Made by a program: the position numbers and the translations under genes. A stretch of 64,000 nt of DNA from Paraphysomonas bandaiensis. Its lineage: Eukaryota > Protista > Chrysophyceae. Location of the stretch: positions 1 through 64,000 of the forward strand of contig CBFFRP010000399.1 in assembly GCA_965644295.1 (NCBI GenBank), read 5' to 3'. Of the stretch, positions 10,088 through 23,305 are shown piece after piece. Positions within the stretch are counted from its first letter, which is position 1. Each line of letters opens with the position of its first letter. The notes under the pieces are model-generated. The model was not told the DNA's origin and ran no database searches. It saw nothing but the letters and a program-made list of their open reading frames with translations.

Positions 10088-11545
10088 CTAGTTTTGTACT
10101 CTACGATCCACTCGGGATTTCCCCCCAACTTTTCCATGTGACCGTTTGGCATACTTTGCAGCATGTAAATGACCGCTTTTTATGCTGTTGCTACCGCCGA
10201 TGGAACTGACAGCTGGTGTCTGTCGGATTTTCATAACTAATGAAAGGTCCGAAAGGGAAGGGTCGTCGACCCAGTCTCCATTTGGAAATACCTACAGAAA
10301 TATCCGCATAATGAATAGAGTCGTGTGTGCCCCAAACCGCATACCTGTGGGATGTCTACCTTGGCATTTGAAACAGATGACACGAGTTTATTCCCATGAC
10401 TTATATGCCTATACGAAATATTTGGGAGTCGCTGAACAGCCTTTGGGTCCATGAACAATCGCACCGCCATCGCCTGTATCGTGGAGTCTCCCCACCGATA
10501 CCTGACGACATAGACGTGTTTAGTTTTGCAAAGCATGCCGACATAATTCCAAGTAGGGCGTCTCGCATATAAAAGAAGCATTGCGTATACCGCACTAGAG
10601 TATCATCATATAATACGAAGTATTTTGAACCATATGGACATGTCTTTCAATGCACAGGACGGCAATTATCAGCTCCATATAACACAGCACCACAGCAATA
10701 CATGTTACAGAGATCGTATATATAACACAAGTTACTTAGCACCATATATCAATACATATTACGGTGGCGATATATATAACAACTTACTGGTAGAGTTTGC
10801 CTGATGTATTCGTAGCCACTAGAAAATGTCGCACGTCTGGTCGATTAAAAAATGACACTTTGCCGACATGAAAATTGTTATAAAAGTTAAAGAGAATAGA
10901 AATAGAAGGATATTTTATCTTGGGCTTGACGTCGCATTTGTCTACATACTGTCGAACAAATTCTGGTAAGGTATCACGAGTTTCCTGATGAGGCTCAAAT
11001 TTTCGTATAATGTATCCGTATTCAATCTGGTTTTGCTCAACCCATCCAAGAAGATCGTATGACCGCTTCGGCGCAATTTGCATAACATTGTCTGAATCTA
11101 CCCGCAAATAATAGTCATAGTCCTTTATATAATCATACATGTCGACGGTGAAGAATTTACACATCCACTTATACCCATATCTTTCTGTCGGCATGAAATA
11201 AGCCCTTGAGCGGACGTTGACTAACTTCACTTTACCAATACCATTGAACACTTCATACCAGCTGTTCATTACTGTATCATCAAAATTATCCTCGCTAAAC
11301 ATGAGGATATCGATCTTATGACTGGGTGCATAGGGACGTAATAGATTAGCGAGAGCCTGATGTCGAAGACGATTTCCGCTTTCAGATTGTCTACGGATTA
11401 AACATACGACTGCCCAGGAGGGTTTAGATGAATTTATATCTAACTTGGGAGTCAAATCATTTAGTTCGCAGGACGACGCGGTTCCCAAGTTTCCACGGGA
11501 TGCCACAACAACGAGACATAGCAGGGATGATAGTATAGCACACAT
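10088..11545 (-). CDS. Glycosyltransferase family 15 (KRE2/MNT1-like alpha-1,2-mannosyltransferase); about 3 exons
   Basis: N-terminal hydrophobic anchor. GT15-like motifs GYKWMCKFF, YDYYLRVDSD, FYNNFHVG..FF and YRWGDSTIQAMAV. Introns at ~10787-10500 and ~10345-10294. Confidence 0.85.
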
Positions 11546-12140
11546 CAATGACAAAGAGTTCAGGAAGCTAAACTAAAACATATTGCAAAATACAGCACAA
11601 GAAGTTTACAACTGTTGCTGGGCGTGAAGGCAGTCACGAGCTGTTGATATATCAATCCCCCGAACTGGAACTATTACAACTATTACATGCATTACCAACA
11701 ACACAGTGTGCGCTGCGGCGAAATGCTCGTAGCTATCTCGTATCTCCATACCAGTGATACAAGAATACCGTATTCCATGTTCGAGTCAACATCGTATCAT
11801 GAGAAATCTTGCATAGGGATTCCAAGAGAAAATGAAATACCGGAAATACACACCAGCAAACGATTTCGCAGATTTCCTTAAAAATGTTATTGTAAAAACA
11901 AAAAAATTCAGGCTGAATGGGTCACTGAAACCTCCGGTTTTTTGATGATTTATTGTTACTGAAACCTCAACTGGTATTCGTTTCATTTTTTCGTTTCATG
12001 TTTTATGTTTGATGTACACACATCCCTCAATACTCAATGCATATATATTAGTGCCACACATATATGCTTTGAGATACATTTTGTTGACAAGTAGCGAGTA
12101 TTTGGCTTTGTTAAAGTTTAAGGCAGGTTGCTAATATATA

Positions 12141-14005
12141 ATGGGTAGGAAAGCGGCTGAGGCTGCCATGGAGAAGAAACCTGCAGCTGCTGTGAGAAGT
12201 GAAATTCGCAATTACATTCGTAACGAACGCGATACTATTTTGAGAAAGTGGCAATGTTTACAGGAGTCGTTGAACTCTGAGGAACGGAGAAAAGAAGAAT
12301 TTCTAACTCGACAGGAGGTAATAAAAACGAGATCCATCCCTCCAGGTTTGACAATGATGTTTTCATTTGTTGTCGTTTACTTTTGCCTACAGTGGTACAG
12401 AAATTTATTCGAACTTTGAAGAGGGCAATAAGAAACACAATCACTGTAAAAGGAGGGACTCCCTATAGCGTTGTCAGATCGATGTTTTTGTATTGGGATA
12501 AAGATAAATCGGGTGAGCTCGGAGGTGATGAATTGCAGCATTGCATGAAGTCACTTGGAGTAAAGATTGCTGAGAAAGATGTGCAACAAATTATCTCTTA
12601 TTATGACTCCAATAAAGGGAATGGTGAAATGGCATACGACAGATTACTGGCGGACATTCAATATGATGAGCCAACGCTTATAATGGAAATGGAGATGGAA
12701 AAGGACTCTGGTCGCGAAGAGGAACGCTTCGAGACTCAAGCTGATGCCTATGCCGTGATGCCTCCGTTGGTAAAACAATTCATTGAAGCTGTTCGTAGTG
12801 TTTTACATCGAAAAATGCGTAACGAGGGTGGAACTGAACTGTCTCATCTTCGTCATAGTTTTTTAATGTTTGACCATGACTATTCAAATGCCCTTGACGA
12901 GAATGAATTGATGATGTCGATGCATCGAAATTTAGGATTACAGATTACACCTGAGCAGGCTGCTGCTGTAGTTCGTTTCTATGATCGAAAACAAATTGGT
13001 GCTATGAGTTATCAGTTGCTGCTCGAAGATGTTATGCGAGGGCAGCCGCTGATGTTGCAGCATGCTGAGTTGACTTCCCGTACATTGTCCAAGACCCGTG
13101 AGGAGTTGAAAGCAAATCCATTCATTCCAAAGCCTTTCCTTCCTCCGCCAAATAAAACTGTGGAAGCATTTAAGACAAAGGTTAAGCGTGAATTAGACAA
13201 TCGAATTAGATACAAAGGTGGGTCAGTTAAGTCTTGGCTTTCCAAGGCATTTGTTGCATGGGACCCGCATTTCTCTGGACGAATATATCGTTGGCAGGAC
13301 CTACAGGGTGCTGTACGGAAGCTTGGAGTCAATATAAGCCAGTCGGAAGCAATGACAATAATGGCTAATTATGACAAACAATCGAATGGAGCTATGGATT
13401 ACAATCTACTAAGTGAAGATATCTTGCGCAGCGATCCTAACTTCTTGATTGACTCAACATCAATTCTGGATTTGAACCGAACAACAACATCACGCACCCC
13501 TGCTGATGTTTCTATGCTAATTCGAAAATTTCGCAGAGCTGCTGAAGTGTACACGAAAAAATCAGAAGGAAGTATTGAACCTAAAGACCTTTTACATGGT
13601 ACTTTCTTGCGATTGGACAGTTCGAAGTCCGGAAGAATTTCCGCAGCCGATTTAAATCGCGTTGCCACGGAGTTGAAAATACCATTGACTACTGAAGAAT
13701 GCCAGAAGTTGGTTCTATGGTTTGATAGTAATGGATCAGGCAGAATGGATTTTTCACTCTTAACGAGACAATTATTTGGTGACGACGTTTTGACTAAACC
13801 ACTGTCACTTCCTGCTGTTTCATCCAGTACTGATGATGTCAATGAAATTAAAGCATCTTTGAAGCAGAAAGCTCTGAAAAAAGCTCAGCGAAACAAAATA
13901 ATTATTGCAGAAAAAGTCCGTGTTCAAGCAAAAATGGAATCTATTGAGAAACAGCGACAAGCGATTTTAGACAATAGGAAAAACTTTCATGGGCTTACAA
14001 AGTAA
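12141..14005 (+). CDS. Multi-EF-hand calcium-binding protein (calcyphosin-like repeats); one intron at ~12347-12392
   Basis: EF loops DKDKSGELGGDE, DSNKGNGEMAYD, DHDYSNALDENE, DKQSNGAMDYN, DSSKSGRISAAD and DSNGSGRMDFS. A GT...cctacAG intron joins ORF 12141 to ORF 12383. Confidence 0.85.
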
Positions 14006-14287
14006 TAAGGCCTAGATGCCAGTATCTGTGTGCAATTACGCAAGTGATTGATATATGTTCATATGCAGTGGTGAGATGACCACGAACTGATGATGGGTGA
14101 GCATGCTTTTTGTCCTCCTGTACATGCAGCTCTCCGCCCGAACATATCTGTTGGCTTTCTGTATCACTTGTTCACATTGTAGGTGTAAGTTATAATAAGA
14201 ATACTGAATATTGAGTGTGCTGAGTTCTGCAGTACGATACGATATATTACGAACGGGTGAATATAATTAAGATTCATTCTAGTCTGT

Positions 14288-14646
14288 TGTTGAGTTTTTT
14301 GCTGTTTATGAGCAATTAAAAGCTGTACTTCTAAGGTATTTACTAGGATTCAGCTTAATACATGATTGTATCTGTGAGTTATAATGTTCAATGAAATATA
14401 TCATGAACTGAATTAGAGAGAGTATCTGTCGAAGATACATGATCGTCATCATAACGTCGTCATTATCAGTTACACTTCTAACTATTCCGTTGTGCATGAT
14501 AGTTATAATCTATATTGTTATTCATAATTTTCACTCTATCGTGTTCATTACTTACATTCTAATAATCACAACATTGTTTTACTACTATAAAGATCAATTC
14601 TTTATTGTTTATTGTATTTGAATTATGAGATATCAGAGTATCTAAC
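14288..14646 (+). repeat. Diverged solo LTR-like copy (family B-related 5' end)
   Basis: Starts tgttgagttttttgctgtttatgagcaattaaaagctgta, as in the LTR at 40845. Right boundary uncertain. Confidence 0.6.
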
Positions 14647-14691
14647 TCTTTAACTCTGGCTCTGCTAAACCAAACGCAAGACCCACAGCTC

Positions 14692-17604
14692 CCTTCAACA
14701 AAGTCAGACTCACACCTTGTCGTAGTTCTGGTAAAAAAGTACCGGACATATTTCTGCGGGAAACTAACATGAGCCGCATATACACATACACGTCTTGTTA
14801 TTAGTTATTAGCAATAGGCGTGTAAGGTCTGAACTCTGAACTAATGTAGCAAAACATTTTAACTAACTAGTGCTTAGCCCTAATATCCTATGATTTAGCG
14901 CTACGAAAGCTGCTTGTGCGACACCGCAAGCACCAAGGTGCAACTATTGGATTTTGGTCATTTTCACAATTAAGACCGTTAAGAGTTAAGAGAAGTTTAT
15001 TGTAATCAAACTAGATAGACTCGTTTATTAAATTGCATACACAATTGTGTGTGTTGTCATGTAAAACATGTCAGCAACATGATAATTTATTTCGTTCATG
15101 TCATATAAAGAGTTGATCTTAGTAATAGTAAAACAATATTGTGATGGGAAATATTATTCAACCTAGTCAAATTGGTTGAATTACCTAGTCACACTATATT
15201 TGGTGGAATAACCTAGTCAAAGTAATAAATGATTCAACCTAGTCATTTTTAGTTATAAATCTAGTCATAAAATGTACTCGCATATAACTACGCATTAAAG
15301 AACGATGAAGTCACACAGCAGGTAAAGTGAAACCAACGCAGAATATTTGAGTGGAAATTACTATTTTTGACTAGGTGAATACCCTAAAACACCTAGTCAA
15401 CCTAGTCATTGGAAACTGAAAATATGAATTATTAAATGACTAGGCTTTCACCTACTTGACTAGGTTTTTACACCAATTTTGGTTTGACTAGGTAGTTCAA
15501 CCATTTTGACTAGGTTGAATAATACATCCTTATGGTAATAATTAGAATGTAAGTGATAAACACTTATTGAAAGTCTTTTTATTTAGCAATAGGCGTTAAA
15601 AACTCGTTCCGATACCCCTCAACAAAGTCGGACTCGCACCTTTTCGTGGTGTTCTGGGGGATAAGTACCGGAGATATTTCTCCGGGAAACTAACGTGAGC
15701 CGCATATTATATAGTCAGCAGATATATTGTTCTGCCCACTCATAGCCAAATGCTTGTGTGGTACAAGGGACACTAATAAGTGTCACTTGTGTAGACGTCT
15801 TTGGGCCCTGACGAATAAACAGGCATCCGGGACAGGGCCCACCAGAAGGGTAACCGGGGTATTGGGCTGCCTGCTGAAGTTAAGCATCCGGGATGTTCAC
15901 CTTAAGAACTCAAAACACCTGAAGTCAGCAGATGTCAGGTATATCAACATTCTGCTTGCTCCCTGCGTTTGCTTTGAGTGATTGATGCTGAGTATGAGTT
16001 CACATTATTCGGTATCTGTGTGGCCAATGACCGAGGTAATGCGTCAAACTTTCCTCATGGATGCATGGCAATGGCAATGATGTGATTAGACCTGTCATGT
16101 CTTCTCACACGTCTACTGCCTAGTCTTGGTTTCTCCTGACCCAGGTCATTGAGATTATATCAAGGCTCTGGCACTGTTCTCCAAGCAGTGTCAGGTACAT
16201 TTGTGGTGCTTTTATGTTATTCTTGCTTAGTAGGTTTTCATCCGAGCGGGGAAGGTGTACGGTTTCCTACTAGTGTAAGTCACTCGGGAGAAGAGTGCAA
16301 GGTGGATGCATGTGCTGGATGAGTGCACACAATGGAGGGAAGACATTGGAGTCAGCTTGAATTTGTAACAGATTTTGGTAGATGTCTGTTTCATGCGTCA
16401 GTGTGCAAAATTGCACCAGTGAGACCGCTTCGTGACCGTGGGAGGACCCGGCGCTATAGAGCTACTTTATTCTCCCTTCCAGACTACCTGCTGCTGTGAA
16501 CACCACCTTGAAGAGGGCCCTAAAGATCTGCCGCATATACAGGAGACATATGCCGAAGACACCGACCGCAAGTTGTTTGTGTTAGGACAAGTAGATTGGG
16601 CAGGAGCGTATGATCCGGCTTAAACACGCAACTCGTCGTATGCCCATGTAGCTAACTAAATCGTGTTGTATAGTTGAGCACTTGTCGGTGCATGCAATAG
16701 TAACTAGATGAGAGTCATGTTATGCATAGTGTCGCGCGAGTTGTTAGGTTGGTCGCGGCAACGCACAAGCTTGCGCTTCTTAATAATCAGATTTTCAATA
16801 TACGTTCCGATACAGTGGCTAGTTGAATGCTAGATCTACTAGTTAGACCTCTACCCATAACTAATCAGCACAACTTCTGTTATCCTACTATTTAGCGCTA
16901 CAGAAGCTGCTTGTGCGTCGCCGCAAACACCAAGGTGCTACCACTTCCGTTCTTGATGTTGTGTGTGAGTTCGCCCTGCTCGTGTGTCTGAGGACTCACT
17001 GGCGCGTGTTGTCCGGGGGTCTCCCCTTGGGATAAGGTTCCGCCTGGCTCTGAGGTACAGGGTTCTGTATTAAGGTCCTGAGTGTACCGAGCACTAGATG
17101 TGTGCACTGAGAGGTTGATGGTGTGGTGGAATGTGGCGGTGTCGCCATGCACCGTCTGGGCGTTGGGCATAGGTGGAGTTGCCGGAGACGTCGTCGCCTT
17201 TGTCTAGGGCCTGTTGGTTTCATACGGTCCGGTGCTATGGTCCTTTGTGTATGGTTGGTAAGGTTCATAGGTGCGGTGGGCGGTATTCCAGTCTCGGTTC
17301 GTCTGTGGATTCCTAGTAATCTTAGCACCCTTGGGCGTTTCCTTTTCTGTCTATGTTTTGGATGCGGCCGCGGTAGTAGCCTTGGGGGACCTTTCTGTAG
17401 GGTAACGTATCTTCTACTTCGATCTTGGATCATTAGCTTTGCTGCAGCGAAAAGCGGTAGAAGTAATTTGATGATCGCTGATTCGATGCTGCGCAGTCCT
17501 TGGGATGTCAGTGACTCATGGATGTGATCTCCAAAAACCTTTTCAAGCTGAGTAGTTGTGATAAACACAGTAAAGTGAGAAATATTAATAACAATTAATG
17601 TCAA
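14692..17604 (-). repeat. Complex degraded repeat region with duplicated blocks A (14692-14790, 15616-15708) and B (14894-14944, 16891-16941) and a basic Pro/Arg-rich ORF remnant (16996-17604)
   Basis: Direct sequence similarity between the blocks. No recognisable catalytic motif in the ORF. Confidence 0.45.
15146..15530. mobile_element. MITE with ~45-bp terminal inverted repeats, rich in CTAGTCA/TGACTAG motifs
   Basis: Left end gggaaatattattcaacctagtcaaattggttgaattacctagtca is the near reverse complement of the right end tgactaggtagttcaaccattttgactaggttgaataatacatcc. No clear TSD. Confidence 0.8.
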
Positions 17605-18004
17605 TTACTGCTCAACTTCCGTATCTTGAATCGTCATGATACAATACTTCAGTTTCACAGTTATAGCTATATTGTATCTTTGACTACGTATTACTGTTTT
17701 TCACATTGTATTTAACGTATTCTACAGTACTATCTTAGAGAACCATACGTATTCCAACAGCAACCACTTTCGCTCCATCACTTATAGCTTAAAGCAAATG
17801 TAGTGCTCTAGCAGAATGTTGATATACATGATATCTTCTTCTTCTCTTCCATAACAATAAATATGTCTACCGCTACTGGCTAATTACAAGCATCTTCTCA
17901 AGTAGTAGTGAAACTGAAATATATTGCCTGTATAAGTAAATCGTGATATATATGTCTACATGACTACGATCGTATGAAAATGAATGGTAATTGCGATAAA
18001 GAGA

Positions 18005-18400
18005 TGTCCTCGCGTTCCTGGAGTTGTGTCTTTCCTTTCACTTCCAAATGAAAAGGTGCCAGACTGTCGGTTCCATTATTGCACCTACTTCATAAGACGA
18101 GCACCAGAAATGACGTCATATTCATTTGATGAGACGCCTCTTCATTTATAGTGATATAGGCTCATTGTCATATAGCCACATTCGCATATAGGCATATAGT
18201 CAGGTCTGTTCCCAAAGAGAGTTCAAGTTTAATCTATGTGTGCAGCCTCATCTACCCATAGCATACAATCTCAATTAGCCGCATTCCTTTATAGATAAGA
18301 CAGCAGAGGTGTGCAACTCAGTGCCAGTTATTATATGATATGTATATGAAGTGGCGTGTATGTTACATATAATTATGAATACATGAAGTATTAAACACGA
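18005..18400 (-). repeat. Unclassified interspersed repeat, copy 2
   Basis: Reverse-complement similarity to 6770-7210. Confidence 0.65.
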
Positions 18401-18891
18401 TGATATATATTAAACACAATCCTTTACTGTAATAATGACGATATAAAGAGAATTTTCCCAGGCAATTTCCCTAATGAAGATGAAGAGTTGAAAGAGCGCT
18501 CTTATTGAAAGTACGGTCTATTCGACGAGGAAACTTGAAAGGAATTTAGGAATGTGAGAGAGGAACCCTCGGAGAATAAAACCTCGATAATAGTTTTATT
18601 TTTGTGACAACAACAAGAAGAATGATTGCTTTCACTTTCAGTACAATAATATACATGGAGATACCCATACAAAAGTGGTAGTTTTTGCAGAATTGGGCGT
18701 TTTTCGTGGACTGCCTAGATTTCGACAAGAAATCCACTTTTTCGTACTCATCAGCAGTTCACGGAAACGAATGGCGTCAACGAAAGAAGGTAACTAATTG
18801 CCAAACACAACGATTGCGACAGCAGTGGTGTACTTATTTGTCGTATAACGCTACAGGTTACACTTTGTACTCAAGACTCCTACCAGTCACT

Positions 18892-19177
18892 ATGCATTTG
18901 ATGTACTATCTCGACAACTCTGGCAAGAGAGTTTACACTCTAAAGGTGATTACTTAATTACTGTGATGCATCTGTATCTAAGGAAGGATTGATTTCTTAT
19001 AGAAGGAAACTCCACAAGGCGCCCCTTCACTTTCTGCTCATCCAGGTGACTAGTTTTAATACATTTGTAATATTTCATGATTGGATTGCTACAGCTCGCT
19101 TCTCTCCGGATGACAAGTTTTCTAAAGAAAGGATTGCTTGCAAGAAGAGATTTGGCATTCTGCCAACACAGGTGTGA
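18892..19177 (+). CDS. NOP10: H/ACA ribonucleoprotein complex subunit 3 (Nop10); exons 18892-18945, 19003-19045, 19095-19177
   Basis: Spliced product [59 protein letters not shown] matches the Nop10 signature (RVYTLKK...[12 protein letters not shown]). Both introns are GT-AG. Confidence 0.96.
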
Positions 19178-19786
19178 TTTATTGATTACTACAATGAAGT
19201 AACTCTGACCATGCGTTGTTTCAGCAAGCACCTCGTGAGTTTTAAATCTGTGGTTATACTGAGCTGTTGTTCGCAATGAATTGAAATATGTATATAACTA
19301 TAGCTAATTTTGACATTCCTCTCTGGTACATCGAATATTTTTGAGCTGAAACAACAGTTTATAGAACTTTTACTGTCATTTTATTCTTCGTTATGAAACC
19401 CATACTGCTATTACAATGGCAATAACTACTGTGTATTTAGTTTTCGCCGAAACACCCGCTTGAATGTGCGGGAAGTGCAGCAGACGTTCTTAATGCGCTA
19501 GCAAAAGTTGTGAAGGCATGTGGTGTAGTGATATTCGCGTGGGTTGCGTGTCGTACCCGTAGAGTTGTAGCATAAGAAATGTAGTGTAGAGTTTAGTTAG
19601 CGTCAAAAACTAGACTCTTCTAATGCTTTACTACTAGTTGTGGAGTGTCCTTTCATCGATGTGATAGCACAGTTCTGATAAGACCATAAAAGTAATATAA
19701 TTATGAGGAAACATAGGTATCCAGTTGGTACAAATACGACGCATACAAATTACAAATACAGGTGGAAATACGATATACGGATATAC

Positions 19787-20607
19787 CAGGGCTAGGAAAC
19801 AATATATTGCAATACTATTGTAAGTTAGCGTTCTATCAATACTATTGATGGAGATTTTAAGCAGGCTCAACAATACAATTACAATATATTGCAATATATT
19901 GTCAATATATTGCAATATATTAGTATGACTAAGCAGTAAGTAAACACACCCGTTGATTCCATTTTTAGTATTAGTCATTAAGATCTTATGACAACCAAAC
20001 CCACAACTGCTTATAGCTACTAAAAATCCACCTCGTTCTCATCCTCTGAGCCATCATCGCTGACGTCAACATCACCATATTCATCCAAAATTAATTCTGA
20101 GGCTGCTTAAACTTCCCCATGAGTAGGTCTACGTGCCGAATGAGAGGTCTAATGCCTTGGTCAGGTCTTGTCACAACTCCTTCCTTATTTCGCTTCTCTT
20201 TGCTCCCGAGGAGTTCATTGACCGCAAGGTCGATGAGATGACATCCAACTAGGGGCACACCTATACACTATTGAAAAGTTATAACAGACGACCATTTTAC
20301 TCAAACAAAGGTATTACCGGAATCGTTTGTCAGCTTTCTGTTTGTAACGCAGTTGTTCCCAATGCAAAACTCAACAATAATGCAAACATTATCAGCATTA
20401 ATCACTCTACCCACTCTCAAAAATGTTTTGTTTGCCCGAAGGTTGGAAAACAAAAGCATCCATGGGACCATTGGTGCAGACAACCCGTAAATACTTCTTC
20501 ATGGAATCTTCCCACTCACCATCATACATGTGACGATGTGTGGTTTTTCAAGTTGTTGTAGCCATTCGATATCTTTTGTACTCGTATGCGCCCACAGACT
20601 TTTCATT
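19787..20607 (-). mobile_element. Deleted hAT-like transposon relic, same family as 3520-4272
   Basis: Terminus CAGGGCTAG at 19787 followed by caatatattgcaata repeats. Minus-strand GVPLVGCH..LAVNELL and EFCIGNNCVTNRKL. 20420-20607 aligns by eye to 3595-3790. Confidence 0.8.
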
Positions 20608-20608
20608 C

Positions 20609-21277
20609 ATGTTCAATACATTCTCTCAGCATACTAAAGAAAGAAGGAGGTCAGGATTCGAGGAGTTTTTGCGTTTGATAATATCTCTGGATCCAATGCC
20701 ACCTGAGATGAAAGACTTCCTTGAGCTTGATGACCACAGGGACTCTCAACCTATTTCTCCATCCACGAGTACGAAATTGGAAGGAGGAGGTGTATCAACG
20801 CCCAGCCGAAAACGACCTCAGAGCGTGAATTCAGTGCAGAAAGCCGAGAATAAAGGAATGTCTACTCCGTCTACTCCCACCCAGTCGGGGTCGCAGAAAC
20901 CTGAGGACTATATACCTTTCTCTATTTCGACCGGAGCGTCCGCTCCAGCTACCCCAGAACAGGCTGCTAAACAGCGACTCGAAGACTCCAGGCAAGACGC
21001 AAGGAGAGAGCTGAGGAATATACTCCTCACTACGTTCACCGTCTCCTCTATTGTGTATGCCCTGTGTGTGTTTACCGGCATTGTTGATGTAACTGACACC
21101 TCACCGGGTGCGTTTATAGTGAAGTATTTCGCCTATCCTTATATATGTACAGGTAGAATATTACTCACAGCGCTATCTCTCGGATCTACTTTCTCATTAC
21201 TGAGAATATCAATGATCAAGCGTGAGATCAGGAAACGAGAGCGGCTTGCATCTACAGAATCAGCTGAAGAGTGGTAG
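20609..21277 (+). CDS. Protein with the C-terminal half of a PX-like domain, a Ser/Pro linker and two C-terminal TM helices; apparently 5'-truncated; probable intron at ~21109-21151
   Basis: KERRRSGFEEFLRLII...EMKDFLEL resembles the PX C-terminal helices. Hydrophobic segments ILLTTFTVSSIVYALCVFTGIV and ILLTALSLGSTFSLL. Sequence immediately upstream is hAT-derived. Confidence 0.55.
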   Translation: MFNTFSQHTKERRRSGFEEFLRLIISLDPMPPEMKDFLELDDHRDSQPISPSTSTKLEGGGVSTPSRKRPQSVNSVQKAENKGMSTPSTPTQSGSQKPEDYIPFSISTGASAPATPEQAAKQRLEDSRQDARRELRNILLTTFTVSSIVYALCVFTGIVDVTDTSPGAFIVKYFAYPYICTGRILLTALSLGSTFSLLRISMIKREIRKRERLASTESAEEW

Positions 21278-21945
21278 GAAGTTAATGAATGTATTTTATT
21301 GGTATCATAAAGTAGTAGATATGCAACTATAGTTATATTGTTCTATAGTGCTGACGGAACTATATTAATGCAAGTATGTATAAATTTTCGTTCAGGAACA
21401 CTGCCACTCTGACAAAAAGACTATTAAATTAATTCTTGGTGTCGGTAAAAACTGAAAGATAGCTCTAACTACAATGAGTTGACCCTTGTACCTTGTACAG
21501 TCATGCAAAAACAAAACTAATATATAATATACACTATACTGCTAAAACTATTCTCCTTATCTTTCTACTTAATAACTTACTATTAACTGAGAGATTTAAA
21601 AATTGAAAATATACTAGGATACTAGGATGCGCTGTCTTAGATCATTGTGTCCACACATACTATATATATTCAAACGGTCATGTAACTGTGTAATTACGTC
21701 ACTACATTTATTCACAAGTACTACTTCTAAGAAAACAAATAGTCATAAAAGGTATGGTTTCCAAACAAAAACGGCTGAATTGGTAAACACCATCATAATC
21801 GAAATACCTAAAAGGGCTGTTTTAAAAAATGGAAAACCAATCCACGGCTCCCTAAGGTGTTCAATACACCTAACTCAATACTCTGCACCATCATACTACT
21901 CCTGTGAAATCTTTTCCAAACGAATGAATAGTGCCGTATTGATAT

Positions 21946-23058
21946 TTATGCCGTTCCATAACTTGTGTATCCTTTATAGCACTCATCTATAGAAGATACA
22001 GGATGTGTAACAGGCACTATTTCAGCATTCAATGGAACAGCACTCTCTCTTTGACTTGCCTCCATGGAACGTTGATAGTCGATCTCATAGCTAACCTGAG
22101 CAACCATGCTATATACAAATAGAGGATGAAAGAAGTACTAAAAACTACGGTACTAACAATAGGGCAATTAGTAGAATTCTCAGAGCTACTCTTACCATCC
22201 ATACAGTGTATAAAAGACACAATCAGCAGCGTGGTGCAGCACCCATGTCCATTCTCTCGCTTCTTCAACACATATGGACAAAATATCGCATATACATGTC
22301 AGCATCTGAACTAAATAAGTGCATATTAGATTCATCCAAAAAGTATATGACAGTACTTACGGCAGTTATTGAATCGAATTAACCGGTTATCGCATGGATC
22401 AAAACGCAGGTCGTAATGATCCATTACATACATTCGCGACGATGATACGGAGCATCCTAAGCAACAGCAGGACTCCAAAGCAAGGCAGAACGCAGGAATG
22501 GATGCCTCTGCACAGTTACCTGGTTGAATACACAGGAAAGTGAAGTATCCTTGGCAACACTCATATCTCGTCATGTCCCCATCAAGAGCCTTGTATCGTA
22601 TATAATACGCTATATAATAAATAACTTCCGTGAAGAAATACTGCGGTTATAAACCTGAGCACGGAGGACACATAAAAGCAAAGCAACAGCAAGGTGTTAA
22701 ACAGCTCTCCTTGAGGCTCCTTTGAAACTCATTCCGTCTGAACCTCCCTTCAACACCATCAGTAGGTTCATCACTAAAACACAATAAACAACACGCCATT
22801 GTGAAAACTGGAGCGAGAACAGTTCACCCTTTATTCGTTCATTAAGATGATTGAATCTGCCTGGAATGTGCTGGTGGTCTTCCTCTGCGGTCTCTTGTAG
22901 AGAGTACAGCAGTATTTCGCGGAAATATAGGAACCAATGTGAAAAAATCTTCGAGAAGGACAAGATGCGGCCACCAGAAAAAATGCTGCCCCTACTCTGC
23001 GAACATAAATCTAAAAAAAATTACTCCATCCATGCTGTCAAGAAGTATCTCCATGGAG
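21946..23058 (-). CDS. PLAC8-like cysteine-rich protein, multi-exon (start uncertain)
   Basis: Spliced pieces CLTPCCCFAFMCPPCS / YYIRYKALDGDMTRYECCQGYF...CLALESCCCLGCSVSSSRMYVMDHYDL..DPCDNRLIRFNNC / CMVAQVSYEID. Confidence 0.7.
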
Positions 23059-23305
23059 CAAAAATAGCAACAGAAATTCCTGTGCTCTGAGTGCTCGCAA
23101 CAAGCACCAGTGCTGGTTGTATCTTTTTGATGCGTGTTGTGATGGATTTGTGAAAGTGGTGTGAAATTAAAAAGAGATCTCCACAGATTGGATTTAAATC
23201 ACAATTGTAATTATATTTTAATGTTATTATTTGCGTTGTACAACCGTGAAGCGATTTTTAAATAGAGGAATTGGGAATTATATTGTTAGGTTTATTGTTT
23301 TAGAA

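Noticed and set aside
16996-17604. 202-aa basic ORF as a host gene
   Set aside because: Non-ATG start inside LTR-like DNA, low complexity, and adjacent to repeat block B. More likely TE debris.
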